From positions 10,815 to 74,814 of the forward strand of contig JBMFRC010000015.1 in the NCBI GenBank assembly GCA_049968235.1: a stretch of DNA of 64,000 bases, read 5' to 3'. Positions 28,182-37,787 of the stretch are shown here, one piece after another. The translations under genes and the position numbers were made by a program. The notes under the pieces are model-generated. The model saw only the letters and a program-made list of their open reading frames with translations. It made no database searches and was not told the origin of the DNA. This DNA is from Candidatus Hydrogenedens sp. (GTDB taxonomy: Bacteria > Hydrogenedentota > Hydrogenedentia > Hydrogenedentales > Hydrogenedentaceae). Within the stretch, counting starts at the first letter, position 1, and each line of letters opens with the position of its first letter.

Positions 28182-30512
28182 TTATTGGAAGTAGAATGCA
28201 ATTTTTCTATAACTAACGACATTAGGGTCGGTAATTTCAAGAAATCTCCGTACACGCGGGTCATAATACATTGTTAAACCAATACCAACACCATTGTTCG
28301 CAGGAACAAATACTCCTAAATCTGCTGAGACTATACCACCACGAACAATCATTTTCCCGTATGTGTTGGAATTATGTCTTGTTTTACTTCTCACGATACA
28401 CCAGATAGAGTTGTTGCTATATAGAAGACCATCGAATTGGAATGGTCGCCCCGAATCGGGACGACTTAATTCATCTTTAAACCAGATGCGCCGTAGAGTA
28501 TCTTCGCTAATCCAGTTCATATCAGGATTACAATAGTGATAAGTAGCACGAGTTAAGATATCCAGTGGCAATCCTTTTTGAATTAGGTAATCACGTAGTA
28601 GTTTTACCCCGGCTTCGTTATACTTTACCGCATGTTCATCAGTTGCATCGTAAATATAAATTTTATCCGGTTGACTTGCCCGTAAGCCATAAAAACGAGG
28701 AGTATAATTGGGGTCTGCTAATGCTTTCTGTAATTCCATACGATTAAAAAGTTTTAATTCCGAGGTAGTGAAACTAAATTGTTGTCCTTTTCTTCCAGCC
28801 ACAATTTGACCTGCATCTACTGAATCAGGGTCAAAATATCCCCAACGCAAAGTTTCTGTTACATTATTAATTGTCACCTTATTTGTTCTGTTTGCATTTC
28901 TGGTATCAATGCTATATTGAGTCCATAGGGGGTATTTTTCATTATTTCTTGCACTATGGTTAACACCACGAACGGTTAGGTAATCACCAACCATAATACT
29001 TCCCCCTGCAACGAGTGCAAAGGCATTGGTAGTTCCATCTTCTGCTTTTCCAAATTCACCCGGAGCATCCGCATAGGTTACATCTCCAACAACATAAACA
29101 TTTCCCCTTACCAGTAACTGTCCTTCACCTTTAATTTTACCTGCAATAACTAAATCTCCATTTACAGCAACGGTTCTTTCTATCTGTATGGGGTCTTGTT
29201 CCGTGCCGATAAGTATGAGATTACCATCATAAGTTCCTGTCGTTGATAGACTATTGATAGCAGAATTCGACGCGGTAGGTAATGGATTATTTATATTCGC
29301 AGGTATATATACAGAACCACGAGGAACACCGTAGGCAACACCGGAAGTTATTTGTCCTGGTGGTGGGGCTTCTCCTTCTACTATTGTATTATCAAAATGA
29401 ACTCTTCCATTGGCAGTATTCAAAACCACCTGGAATTCCTCATCATCAACAATTCGATTATTATTATCATCCGGAAATGGAGCCGGAAAGTTATTAGGCA
29501 CGATCCCATCTGTTTGAGCTTGCTCATCCGTAGGATAATTCATATATAGGTTTGCAAATTGAACGAGGTCCCCATTAGGAGTTCTCCCTGCATTTTGTAA
29601 GTTTGTAATTATCATGTTCCCAGAAGAGTCTTGAACAATTTTACCATTGTTATTATTAATACGATATGATTTCAGAGTTGAACTTTGGAGTTCTGAAACA
29701 GAAAATGGGGTTCCATCAGGTTTATAAACACGACCTCTTGTATATAATGTACCTGCAGCACGACTATCTGCCTCTGTTGGTCTTACTAACATAGATTCCA
29801 GAGATGCAACCTTAATACGGTCAAAAGTATTATAATTTGCAGGGTCAGTATTTCTAAACAAGTCTAAGGACTGAAATTCAGCATGACATAGAATACAACT
29901 TATATTATTTGCAAGAACGGCAAATTCTGTATGAGGACTCGCTCTGCCCCCAATATTAACAACCTGAACCGCTGTTTTTGCAATACCATTCCGTCTCGCA
30001 GTGGATGTTATTGTAAGGAATGAACGAGACCATTCATCATATCTTGCAATATGAACACTTTCAATTTGTGCTACTTCTTGGTTATTGTTAGGGTCCCTTA
30101 ACACAATGGGTTGATTAATCAAAGCCCAACCTCTCCGGTCATATCCAGCAGGATAGGTTTCAAAAATACCGTTCCCATTTCCCGTTTCATCAATATCTTT
30201 GGTCCCATTAAAATTCAGGTCTTCATTTATTGGGATCCCTAAATTATTATCAAGATAGTACCGATAAGAAGCCCAATTTTTTGTTGTATTTCCACTTGTT
30301 TCTATATAATCGTCCCAGAGCCTTTTTAATGCTAGGTCTATACCTGCTTGCGATGCTTCCCTGAGAATAATATCATCTGCAGAAAAATCCGTTTCTCTCT
30401 TGTTATTTACAACTATCGCGGAAATAACTCCTATAGCACCCAAAATTACAATTATAGAAATCGTGGTAAAAATTAACGCTATACCAGATTCTTTTTTTCT
30501 TACATTACGCAT
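28182..30512 (-). CDS. giant GspK-like minor pseudopilin
   Basis: 776 aa. The N-terminus 'RKKESGIALIFTTISIIVILGAIGV' resembles the degenerate prepilin-like segment of GspK/PilX ('QRGVALIIVL'). It follows GspI- and GspJ-like genes in canonical I-J-K order. The remainder is a large Asn/Gly-rich beta-rich domain with no motif I recognise. Confidence 0.45.
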   Translation of the reverse strand: MRNVRKKESGIALIFTTISIIVILGAIGVISAIVVNNKRETDFSADDIILREASQAGIDLALKRLWDDYIETSGNTTKNWASYRYYLDNNLGIPINEDLNFNGTKDIDETGNGNGIFETYPAGYDRRGWALINQPIVLRDPNNNQEVAQIESVHIARYDEWSRSFLTITSTARRNGIAKTAVQVVNIGGRASPHTEFAVLANNISCILCHAEFQSLDLFRNTDPANYNTFDRIKVASLESMLVRPTEADSRAAGTLYTRGRVYKPDGTPFSVSELQSSTLKSYRINNNNGKIVQDSSGNMIITNLQNAGRTPNGDLVQFANLYMNYPTDEQAQTDGIVPNNFPAPFPDDNNNRIVDDEEFQVVLNTANGRVHFDNTIVEGEAPPPGQITSGVAYGVPRGSVYIPANINNPLPTASNSAINSLSTTGTYDGNLILIGTEQDPIQIERTVAVNGDLVIAGKIKGEGQLLVRGNVYVVGDVTYADAPGEFGKAEDGTTNAFALVAGGSIMVGDYLTVRGVNHSARNNEKYPLWTQYSIDTRNANRTNKVTINNVTETLRWGYFDPDSVDAGQIVAGRKGQQFSFTTSELKLFNRMELQKALADPNYTPRFYGLRASQPDKIYIYDATDEHAVKYNEAGVKLLRDYLIQKGLPLDILTRATYHYCNPDMNWISEDTLRRIWFKDELSRPDSGRPFQFDGLLYSNNSIWCIVRSKTRHNSNTYGKMIVRGGIVSADLGVFVPANNGVGIGLTMYYDPRVRRFLEITDPNVVSYRKIAFYFQ

Positions 30513-30522
30513 ACGCTATCTC

Positions 30523-31188
30523 CTAATTTTCTAATTTAACTATCCCGCTGAGTTCGGCGCGAATTAAGGGTCCTTCTCCCGGACCCATTCGTTTCGTTCC
30601 TTCTAAACGAATGTATAACAAAGTAGGGGTATTTTCACTATCACTTCTATCAGGTAATAATTGAAACTCTACATTACTAATACAATTTGCACTCCCTATT
30701 ACGCGTCTATTATTCCCCTGAACCATTACTAATCTTCTTGTTAATGCCCTATCTCCATTTGTATCTTCACCTGCATCTAAAATGGCATTCGGAGGAACTC
30801 CTTCAGAAGAACGGTCTTCATTTTCATATTGAACAAGAATCTGTTGGGATGATTGGACAAATGCAGGTGTGTTGACGGGTACGGGGACAAAAAATCGCAA
30901 GCCCCGTCCATCATTTTGGACTTGAATTGCCTCTGCCCCTGCAGGTGCTATAGGAGGAGTAACATTCGTAGTAACTTCTGTATATGCCTGTTTTACTAAT
31001 TCTGAAAGTTCATTAAATGTATTTCGCAAATCAGAATCGATTTCATTTTGAGCATAAGAAAGTGATGAGGATTTTACAGAAGATTGTAACGCCAGAAAAC
31101 TCAGTAAGGAAATGATACCCATCAATGCAACGGATATAGTTACTTCTATTAAAGTAAATCCAAAAATTCTTTTTTTCATATCACACAT
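30523..31188 (-). CDS. type II secretion/type IV pilus minor pseudopilin (GspJ-like)
   Basis: 221 aa. Prepilin cleavage/methylation motif 'KRIFG|FTLIEV' followed by a hydrophobic helix. The true start may be the ATG at 31179 (MKKRIFGF...). Confidence 0.6.
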   Translation of the reverse strand: MCDMKKRIFGFTLIEVTISVALMGIISLLSFLALQSSVKSSSLSYAQNEIDSDLRNTFNELSELVKQAYTEVTTNVTPPIAPAGAEAIQVQNDGRGLRFFVPVPVNTPAFVQSSQQILVQYENEDRSSEGVPPNAILDAGEDTNGDRALTRRLVMVQGNNRRVIGSANCISNVEFQLLPDRSDSENTPTLLYIRLEGTKRMGPGEGPLIRAELSGIVKLEN

Positions 31189-31197
31189 AGCCTTATT

Positions 31198-31662
31198 TTA
31201 TATTGAAGTTAATATCGTAGCAACTGTATCTCTTATGGGATGCCCACTGAGGGATGTCCATGTGGCAGTTACATAAACCTGAACAGGATTATTTGTCCCA
31301 CCGGCGGGTTCACCATTCATATTTCTGCAGACTACATTTATTTGTAAGTCTGGTATGGGTATAGGATGTCCTTCTACTGATACCATTGTTAACCAATCAT
31401 TGGATGTTTTCCCGTTTATCCATGCATAAAAACCTTCCCAGTTGAAATTCTCATTACTTACAGAAAAGTCCTTCCTTTTTTCGCGAATGGCTTCAATTAC
31501 AGCACGACAAGCATGTAAAGCCTGTATCCGTTCCCTCTGGATTTGTAGATTGTTGTGGGAAGAAACCAATATAACTGAAGTTACTCCTACCACAAAAGCA
31601 AATATAGCCACTGCAATCATAATTTCTATTAATGTTAAGCCCTCATTTCCTTTTTTACTCAT
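31198..31662 (-). CDS. type II secretion/type IV pilus pseudopilin (GspI/GspH-like)
   Basis: 154 aa. 'KGNEG|LTLIEIMIAVAIFAFVV' prepilin N-terminal motif with conserved Glu+5. Confidence 0.6.
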   Translation of the reverse strand: MSKKGNEGLTLIEIMIAVAIFAFVVGVTSVILVSSHNNLQIQRERIQALHACRAVIEAIREKRKDFSVSNENFNWEGFYAWINGKTSNDWLTMVSVEGHPIPIPDLQINVVCRNMNGEPAGGTNNPVQVYVTATWTSLSGHPIRDTVATILTSI

Positions 31663-31846
31663 ATATCCAAATCCTGCATTTTTATTTGTCTAATACAATA
31701 TATTTATCATCTTTTTAGAATTATAACATAAAAATATGGAAAATATTTCAAAAAAATGTGAAAGTCCGCATTAAATATGGAATATTTCTCGCAGAAAAAG
31801 GAGGATTCGTAGTTACTTTTTCATTAACTACTTATGTCAGTATATT

Positions 31847-33022
31847 TTATAGAGATTGTTTTAAAATCCTTGCTCCATCGGATGGTGGAGAAATAATATA
31901 AGAGCCATTTCTTCCAGTAAGAGAATTGTATTTTTCAATTAGTAGTTTGACAAAATTTTCAATATGTTTTGTTTCTACTAAATTTATTGTGCAACCGCCA
32001 AAACCAGCCCCGGTCATTCTTGCCCCTTTACATCCCTCTATGTTTCTTGCTATTTCTGTCATTAATTCTAACTCCTGATTAGTAACTTCGTAGTTTTTTT
32101 GCAGGCTTAAATCTGATTCATTTAGCAAATCCCCCACTTTAGAGATATTTCCATTTTTGAGTGCCTCAATACAGAAAAGAACTCGATCATTTTCAGATAG
32201 AACATGGAAAGCCCGTTTATAAGATACAGGATGCATTATATTTTTTGTTTGGAGTAGTTCCTCAATAGTGAAATCTCTCAAATGTGTAGCGGATTTTTTA
32301 TAGAATTTATTTAAAGTATCTAATGCATCATTACATTCCGCTACTCGTTCATTATATTTTGAACCTGTAAGCCCTCTTGGGCAGTTTGTATTTGCTATCA
32401 CAAAAGTATATTCAAGTAAATCAATAGGAGTTAATTCGTATTTTAGTGTTCTGCAATCCAAGAACAAAGCATGTCCTTTTTTCCCACATCTCGAAATAAA
32501 TTGGTCCATGATACCTGATTTTAATCCAAGGAATTCATTTTCAACGCGTTGCCCTAACTTTGCAGACTCCACATCGTTTAAATTGAAGTTGCCCATTGCT
32601 TCAAATAACTTTAAGATAGCCATTTCAAGGGATGCGGAGCTACTAAGCCCACATGCCATAGGAACATCACCAAATATGACACCATCTATACCTGTAAGGG
32701 GAAGACCCAATTTTTTTAATTCATACGAAACCCCCATAACATAATCCATCCATGGGTCAATAGGATTACGAGATGGATAGTTTATATCTGCAATACTTTG
32801 ACGGTTGGTATTCAATGCATAAAAATTTAACAACGAATCATGTCTTTTTTTCCCAGCAATATAAGTCCCTTGTTCCAGTGCCATTGGAAGCACATAACCA
32901 TGGTTGTAATCGGTGTGTTCCCCGATAATATTTACCCTACCCGGAGCCTTTACAATGACATCCGGAATCGTATTAAAAAAGTGCAAAAATTGTTTTTCTA
33001 AGTATTGCAGAATATCTCCCAT
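31847..33022 (-). CDS. galK: galactokinase
   Basis: 391 aa. 'PGRVNIIGEHTDYN' galactokinase signature and GHMP-kinase ATP loop 'PMACGLSSSAS'. 'GAGFGGC' near the C-terminus. Confidence 0.85.
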   Translation of the reverse strand: MGDILQYLEKQFLHFFNTIPDVIVKAPGRVNIIGEHTDYNHGYVLPMALEQGTYIAGKKRHDSLLNFYALNTNRQSIADINYPSRNPIDPWMDYVMGVSYELKKLGLPLTGIDGVIFGDVPMACGLSSSASLEMAILKLFEAMGNFNLNDVESAKLGQRVENEFLGLKSGIMDQFISRCGKKGHALFLDCRTLKYELTPIDLLEYTFVIANTNCPRGLTGSKYNERVAECNDALDTLNKFYKKSATHLRDFTIEELLQTKNIMHPVSYKRAFHVLSENDRVLFCIEALKNGNISKVGDLLNESDLSLQKNYEVTNQELELMTEIARNIEGCKGARMTGAGFGGCTINLVETKHIENFVKLLIEKYNSLTGRNGSYIISPPSDGARILKQSL

Positions 33023-33062
33023 AGATAATGTACTCCTGATAGTAGATTGAGATTAGAAATAT

Positions 33063-34166
33063 TTATATGATGGCTTGTTCTGTTACAGGGTCAAAAAAAT
33101 GAATTTTTTCAATGTTTATATTTACAATAAAAGGTTCACCTATAGAGGGCTCTTTATCTAACTTCAGTTTTGCTGTAATCGTATTCATTCCAGTATTTAA
33201 GTACAGATTCATTTCAGAGCCCATAGGTTCAACCACATCAACAATTGCTGATATTGAAATACCTTTTTGAGGGGTTTGACTTTGATTAATTATAAAATCT
33301 TCTGGGCGAATACCTAAAATTGTTTTTTGATTAATAAAATTTTTTAGATGTTCTTGTAAATTCTCTGGGACAAGAATCTCGATATTTTTATTATCAGAAA
33401 AATATAACTTTTCGTCTTGAAATATAATACTGCCTTCAATCATATTCATAGGTGGACTTCCTATAAAACCTGCCACAAATTTATTTACAGGCTTGTTATA
33501 CAATTCCAGAGGAGTTCCTATTTGCTGAACCGTCCCATTATTCATAACAACAATACGGTCACCCATTGTCATGGCTTCAATTTGGTCATGGGTTACATAA
33601 ATAATGGTGGCTTTTAATTGATGGTGTAATTTTGATATTTCTGCACGCATCTGGACGCGCATTTTAGCATCCAGATTGGAAAGAGGTTCATCAAAAAGGA
33701 AAACTTTCGGATTACGAACAATGGCTCTACCCACCGCAACTCTTTGTCTTTGTCCTCCAGAAAGAACTCTTGGTTTAGCATTTAAATACTCAGTCAGACC
33801 TAATATCTCAGCTGCTTCTCGAACTCGTTTATCAATCTCTTGTCTGGAGACCCCTCTCAACATTAAACCAAATGCCATGTTTTTATACACTGTCATATGC
33901 GGATATAACGCATAATTTTGAAAAACCATAGCAATATCACGGTCTTTGGGGTGAACATTATTTACCAATTTACCATCAATTAAAATATTCCCAGAACTAA
34001 TTTCTTCAAGACCCGCCACCATCCGTAATGTTGTCGTTTTCCCACACCCCGAAGGTCCTACAAGCACAACAAACTCTGTATCCTCTATTGTTATTGTTAC
34101 ATCTTTCACTGCGATAAAACCATTGGGATAAATTTTCGTTAAATGTATTAATTCAACTTTTGCCAT
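33063..34166 (-). CDS. sugar-import ABC transporter ATP-binding protein (MalK/MsmX/UgpC type)
   Basis: 367 aa. Walker A 'GPSGCGKTT', signature '[14 protein letters not shown]', Walker B 'FLFDEP'. C-terminal TOBE-like regulatory domain. No permease or solute-binding-protein genes adjacent. Confidence 0.85.
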   Translation of the reverse strand: MAKVELIHLTKIYPNGFIAVKDVTITIEDTEFVVLVGPSGCGKTTTLRMVAGLEEISSGNILIDGKLVNNVHPKDRDIAMVFQNYALYPHMTVYKNMAFGLMLRGVSRQEIDKRVREAAEILGLTEYLNAKPRVLSGGQRQRVAVGRAIVRNPKVFLFDEPLSNLDAKMRVQMRAEISKLHHQLKATIIYVTHDQIEAMTMGDRIVVMNNGTVQQIGTPLELYNKPVNKFVAGFIGSPPMNMIEGSIIFQDEKLYFSDNKNIEILVPENLQEHLKNFINQKTILGIRPEDFIINQSQTPQKGISISAIVDVVEPMGSEMNLYLNTGMNTITAKLKLDKEPSIGEPFIVNINIEKIHFFDPVTEQAII

Positions 34167-34195
34167 CTTTACTTTTCCTGTTTCTAAATGTATAT

Positions 34196-34930
34196 TTATA
34201 TTGTATTTTGTTTCATATCATTGATTAAACTTGTCCGAAAATCTTCGGGTATATCCATGTTATTAATAATAAGTGAATTGATAATACATTCCAGGATGTA
34301 TGTGTAATCTGAAGACACATTCTCAGATTGTTTGTTAAAATAAAAATGCTTCGGTGTATTTATTTTTATTTTCTGAGGTTCAAGATTTTGAGTAATTACG
34401 ATTCTAACTTTTTCTATAGAGATAGAACGAATACTTCGGGTCATTCCTACATTTGAATATAGTTCTTTTTTTAATATTTTTAATAGAGAACCTATGTTAG
34501 TTCCTTTACCCGGAATATAATATAAGTTTAGTTGCAAATTATCTATATATATGTCATAGTTTATTTTAAAATTGGAAGAGATAGATGCCTTTGTCTGTAT
34601 ATGTTCCGATTGTAAAACAGGTTCGTCGGGGAAGGGGACAAGATTTTTTACATAAAAATTCTTAAAAGTAATAGAAAAATCCCAAAGATTTACATAAGCC
34701 TTGTCAAAGTAAAAAGTGATATTCGACGACCGTGTTAAATATTTTTCAGCGATTTTAGTAATAAGAAATGTCCGAGTATATGGGTAAAATACAGAAACAC
34801 CACACAAAAGAAATAACAAACTACCTGTAAAAGTCATAGCATAAAAAACTTTTTGTTTGAAGGTAGTTTTTACTTTTTTCTTTTTAGTGGTTCTTTTCTT
34901 GTTAGATTTTTTATTTGAAGTTTCAGTCAA
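34196..34930 (-). CDS. hypothetical membrane-anchored protein (Lys-rich N-terminus, single TM)
   Basis: 244 aa. N-terminal '[15 protein letters not shown]' followed by one hydrophobic helix. Overlaps the upstream ORF by 8 nt, indicating translational coupling. No recognisable family. Confidence 0.4.
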   Translation of the reverse strand: MTETSNKKSNKKRTTKKKKVKTTFKQKVFYAMTFTGSLLFLLCGVSVFYPYTRTFLITKIAEKYLTRSSNITFYFDKAYVNLWDFSITFKNFYVKNLVPFPDEPVLQSEHIQTKASISSNFKINYDIYIDNLQLNLYYIPGKGTNIGSLLKILKKELYSNVGMTRSIRSISIEKVRIVITQNLEPQKIKINTPKHFYFNKQSENVSSDYTYILECIINSLIINNMDIPEDFRTSLINDMKQNTI

Positions 34931-35657
34931 AGGTATGAGTCCAGTTTAATACCTTTTTATGAAGGGATTTCTGTTTTTTCTTTAAATTCTCTTTACTGTC
35001 TTTTAACTTCATAGTAAGAGGGACTTCTACAGGCACCTGTTTTGGACTCCAGGAAAAACAGAAAAGGGTGTCATAACCGTTTAATATAAGATATATCTTT
35101 ACATTTTGAAGTCCTTCTTTAGGTACAAGGATTTCATTTGCGTTGTAAGGGAAAATAAGGGTAACCTTTCGTTTAAATCTGCGAAGGGTTCCCGATGGTA
35201 TTTCTTCCAGCGATTTGTCAACAACAATCTGTGTAGGATGTATCTCTGTATTTTCATTCAAGAGCATATAAATATTAAACCCCCTTAAACTAACACTATC
35301 ATAAGCAATACTCATATCCTGAAAGGAAGAATCCAATACAATTTCAATTGTAACTCCATGAGTTGTTGAAGAATTCGGTGACATCCATACCGCCTGACTT
35401 TCAGGGTTAAATATTTTTGGATAAGGACCCCGCATACATTGAATATTTGAAACAGGATTATCCGGGACAAAAGGTATTAGTTCCCCTGCCGATACTGTTT
35501 CCTCCCCCTTCTTTTTATCTGCACTTGTTTTACAACTTATTCCGGAAACAAGAAAATAACTACATAAAATTAATGTAAATACAATACTCGTGATACAATT
35601 AAAACTTAAATAAAAACAAGTGTAATTTTCTGAATATTTTATATTTCTGTTTGGCAT
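34923..35657 (-). CDS. hypothetical exported protein
   Basis: 244 aa. N-terminal hydrophobic signal-like segment ending '...LVSGISC'. No recognisable family. Confidence 0.4.
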   Translation of the reverse strand: MPNRNIKYSENYTCFYLSFNCITSIVFTLILCSYFLVSGISCKTSADKKKGEETVSAGELIPFVPDNPVSNIQCMRGPYPKIFNPESQAVWMSPNSSTTHGVTIEIVLDSSFQDMSIAYDSVSLRGFNIYMLLNENTEIHPTQIVVDKSLEEIPSGTLRRFKRKVTLIFPYNANEILVPKEGLQNVKIYLILNGYDTLFCFSWSPKQVPVEVPLTMKLKDSKENLKKKQKSLHKKVLNWTHTFD

Positions 35658-35718
35658 ATCTTTATGAAACTTTGTTTTACTTATATTAACAGATTTAATG
35701 AAGAATAAAAAATATACA

Positions 35719-36459
35719 TTACTTATTTTTTAATGGTTCTTTAGTCGAAACATCTACATGAGGTTTCGGTAAATTGGATTGATTATCTTTTTTTAAAGGC
35801 AAATCAATGGCACTTCTGCTCTCGTCTCCACCTTTACCATATTTCATTAAAACCATTTCACCCTCAGTAGTGGATAATTTCACAATACCCAGAGGTTTTA
35901 CCTCATCATTAAGCCAGATTTCTTTTGTTGTATTATCTTCACTAATTCTGTAATGTTTTGCTTTTATTTTACCATTCTTAAACTCAATATCTTCTTCACC
36001 AATAAGGTTTTTCTTTGAAGGTGTATCCGTATTTCCTGACATAGTTTCAACATCAATATTTTGGGGGGGATTGGCTCCTTCACGAACTACTATTTTGTGA
36101 ATTTTCTCTTTCCCATTGTTATCATAAGAAATCAGAAAACGATATACAGAAGGAAATCCTTCCATAGGGATAATTTCCGATTCTAACCACAATGCAGAGG
36201 TATTTTCATCTATTTTTTCTATTCCCGTTAATGCTTGCCTTAATAAAATATGTGTTTTTGTGGATTTATCCGTTATTTCATAAATAGCCCAAACACCCGG
36301 TTCGGATGATAGTATCTTCCCTTTAAATAAATCCTCTATAAAACTCTGGGTATTTCCTATTTTAGGGGAGAGAATATAAAGAAGAAATATCTGGATATAT
36401 AAAAATTTAGTCCAGAAAAAATATTTTTTTGTTCTTATAAAAGAAAAATTACAAAGCAT
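35719..36459 (-). CDS. hypothetical exported protein
   Basis: 246 aa. N-terminal hydrophobic segment. Starts 12 nt after the GHKL ATPase stop. No recognisable family. Confidence 0.4.
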   Translation of the reverse strand: MLCNFSFIRTKKYFFWTKFLYIQIFLLYILSPKIGNTQSFIEDLFKGKILSSEPGVWAIYEITDKSTKTHILLRQALTGIEKIDENTSALWLESEIIPMEGFPSVYRFLISYDNNGKEKIHKIVVREGANPPQNIDVETMSGNTDTPSKKNLIGEEDIEFKNGKIKAKHYRISEDNTTKEIWLNDEVKPLGIVKLSTTEGEMVLMKYGKGGDESRSAIDLPLKKDNQSNLPKPHVDVSTKEPLKNK

Positions 36460-36471
36460 ATTTTATATAAA

Positions 36472-37713
36472 CTAAATTAATAGTTTTTGGATTTCAGTTT
36501 CTTTGTCTTCGGGTAAAGAAATAATCTCATTTACTATATGAGTAACTTTATTTGAATCTGTTTGTATCAAGGTGTAAAGAAGTTTCAGAATTAATTGCTG
36601 GGTTAATTTTGGGGCGTCATTGAGTTCACGAACCATCTGGAAAAGATGAGTGGCGTATATGTCAAATATTTTTATAGAAATACTGTTTTCCGGATTAGAA
36701 ATCTCCTCAGGAGTTATAGGATAAATCCCATCATCTTTCCACTCCTGAATCATCAATTGTGTTTTTTCTGCTTCCCGAAGAATAAAATGTTCACGAAGTC
36801 TTTTTTTGCAAAATTGAGTGAGAAAACGGACATCTTCACATAACTCGTCTGTTTGAAGTAGCCCTTGCTGGTCTAATAATTTGATATATTCTGACTTAAA
36901 ATATGCAGTATAACTAAATCCACGAAAATGTAATCGAGGGAAAGGAATAAATCTTGCAAATCCATTTTCATCGCAGAATAAAAGTCCCCGTCTTCCCGAT
37001 GTGTTCCACTCTACAATAGTTAAGTCTGCATTGATTGTTTTACCACTGGGAACAACTATATCGTGGTATTTATATTCATACTGGTTTTTCTGAACATTTT
37101 GCGGGTCAATAGATATTCCATCGTATATAATTTTTACATTTGGGTATTGCGTTAAATAGGGTGCAAAAATATCAGTAATTTCTTCCATTGCAAGTGTCCC
37201 ACGTACAAGGGAAATGTTATCATTGGGTAAAGCAATTCGGACATACATACCTGTCGCGTTTTCATACTCTGTAACAGGTTCCGGTTCAGACACCTCAAAT
37301 ACAGATAAATTCTCAATATTTCCCTTAATATAGAAACAATAACGATTATTTCCCTCACAATAAATACTTTTCCATGTTACTTTGTTTCCCAAAGAAAAAG
37401 CACGAAATCGTCCTTTACCATATTTCCCATGCAGGATTCTCTTCTCATTGGGGGTAACATATTCTCCCTTTTTCCATGAACCACCTAAATTGCTGAAAGA
37501 AATTAGGGCATCTTCAAATCGCAATCCATTGCCATCATCAATAATGTCAATATAGTCCAATCCACTTAATTCATTCTCAACAAAACGAACCTGGACATGT
37601 TTTGCCTCTGCATCGAGAGCGTTCCAGATTAATTCGACTATGGCATTTAGCGGACGAGTTTTACCTATGGTTTCAAGATGGTCTTCTTTAACCTGAATGT
37701 GTATTGTTCGCAT
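36472..37713 (-). CDS. stand-alone GHKL (Bergerat-fold) ATPase, HATPase_c-like N-terminal domain + ~260-aa unknown C-terminal region
   Basis: 413 aa. N-box 'IVELIWNALDA', G1 box 'IDDGNGL', G2-like 'GKYGKGRF'. No HisKA, receiver, MutL or topoisomerase transducer motifs recognised. Confidence 0.55.
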   Translation of the reverse strand: MRTIHIQVKEDHLETIGKTRPLNAIVELIWNALDAEAKHVQVRFVENELSGLDYIDIIDDGNGLRFEDALISFSNLGGSWKKGEYVTPNEKRILHGKYGKGRFRAFSLGNKVTWKSIYCEGNNRYCFYIKGNIENLSVFEVSEPEPVTEYENATGMYVRIALPNDNISLVRGTLAMEEITDIFAPYLTQYPNVKIIYDGISIDPQNVQKNQYEYKYHDIVVPSGKTINADLTIVEWNTSGRRGLLFCDENGFARFIPFPRLHFRGFSYTAYFKSEYIKLLDQQGLLQTDELCEDVRFLTQFCKKRLREHFILREAEKTQLMIQEWKDDGIYPITPEEISNPENSISIKIFDIYATHLFQMVRELNDAPKLTQQLILKLLYTLIQTDSNKVTHIVNEIISLPEDKETEIQKLLI

Positions 37714-37787
37714 TGTTTGACCTTATTTTAAATTCCCATGTTATTTTAATAAAAATGATACTTGCAAATAAATTATTAGTCATGGGC

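Noticed and set aside
28182-30512. Calling the 776-aa protein a PilY1-like adhesin or DUF1559 protein
   Set aside because: I could not recognise a PilY1 beta-propeller/Ca-binding signature or the H-X9-DG motif. Only the N-terminal GspK-like helix and operon context are supportable.
31808-31830. 7-bp hairpin (GTAGTTA/TAACTAC) downstream of galK
   Set aside because: AT-rich short stem without a convincing T-tract on either strand. It might just be part of the pseudopilin promoter region.
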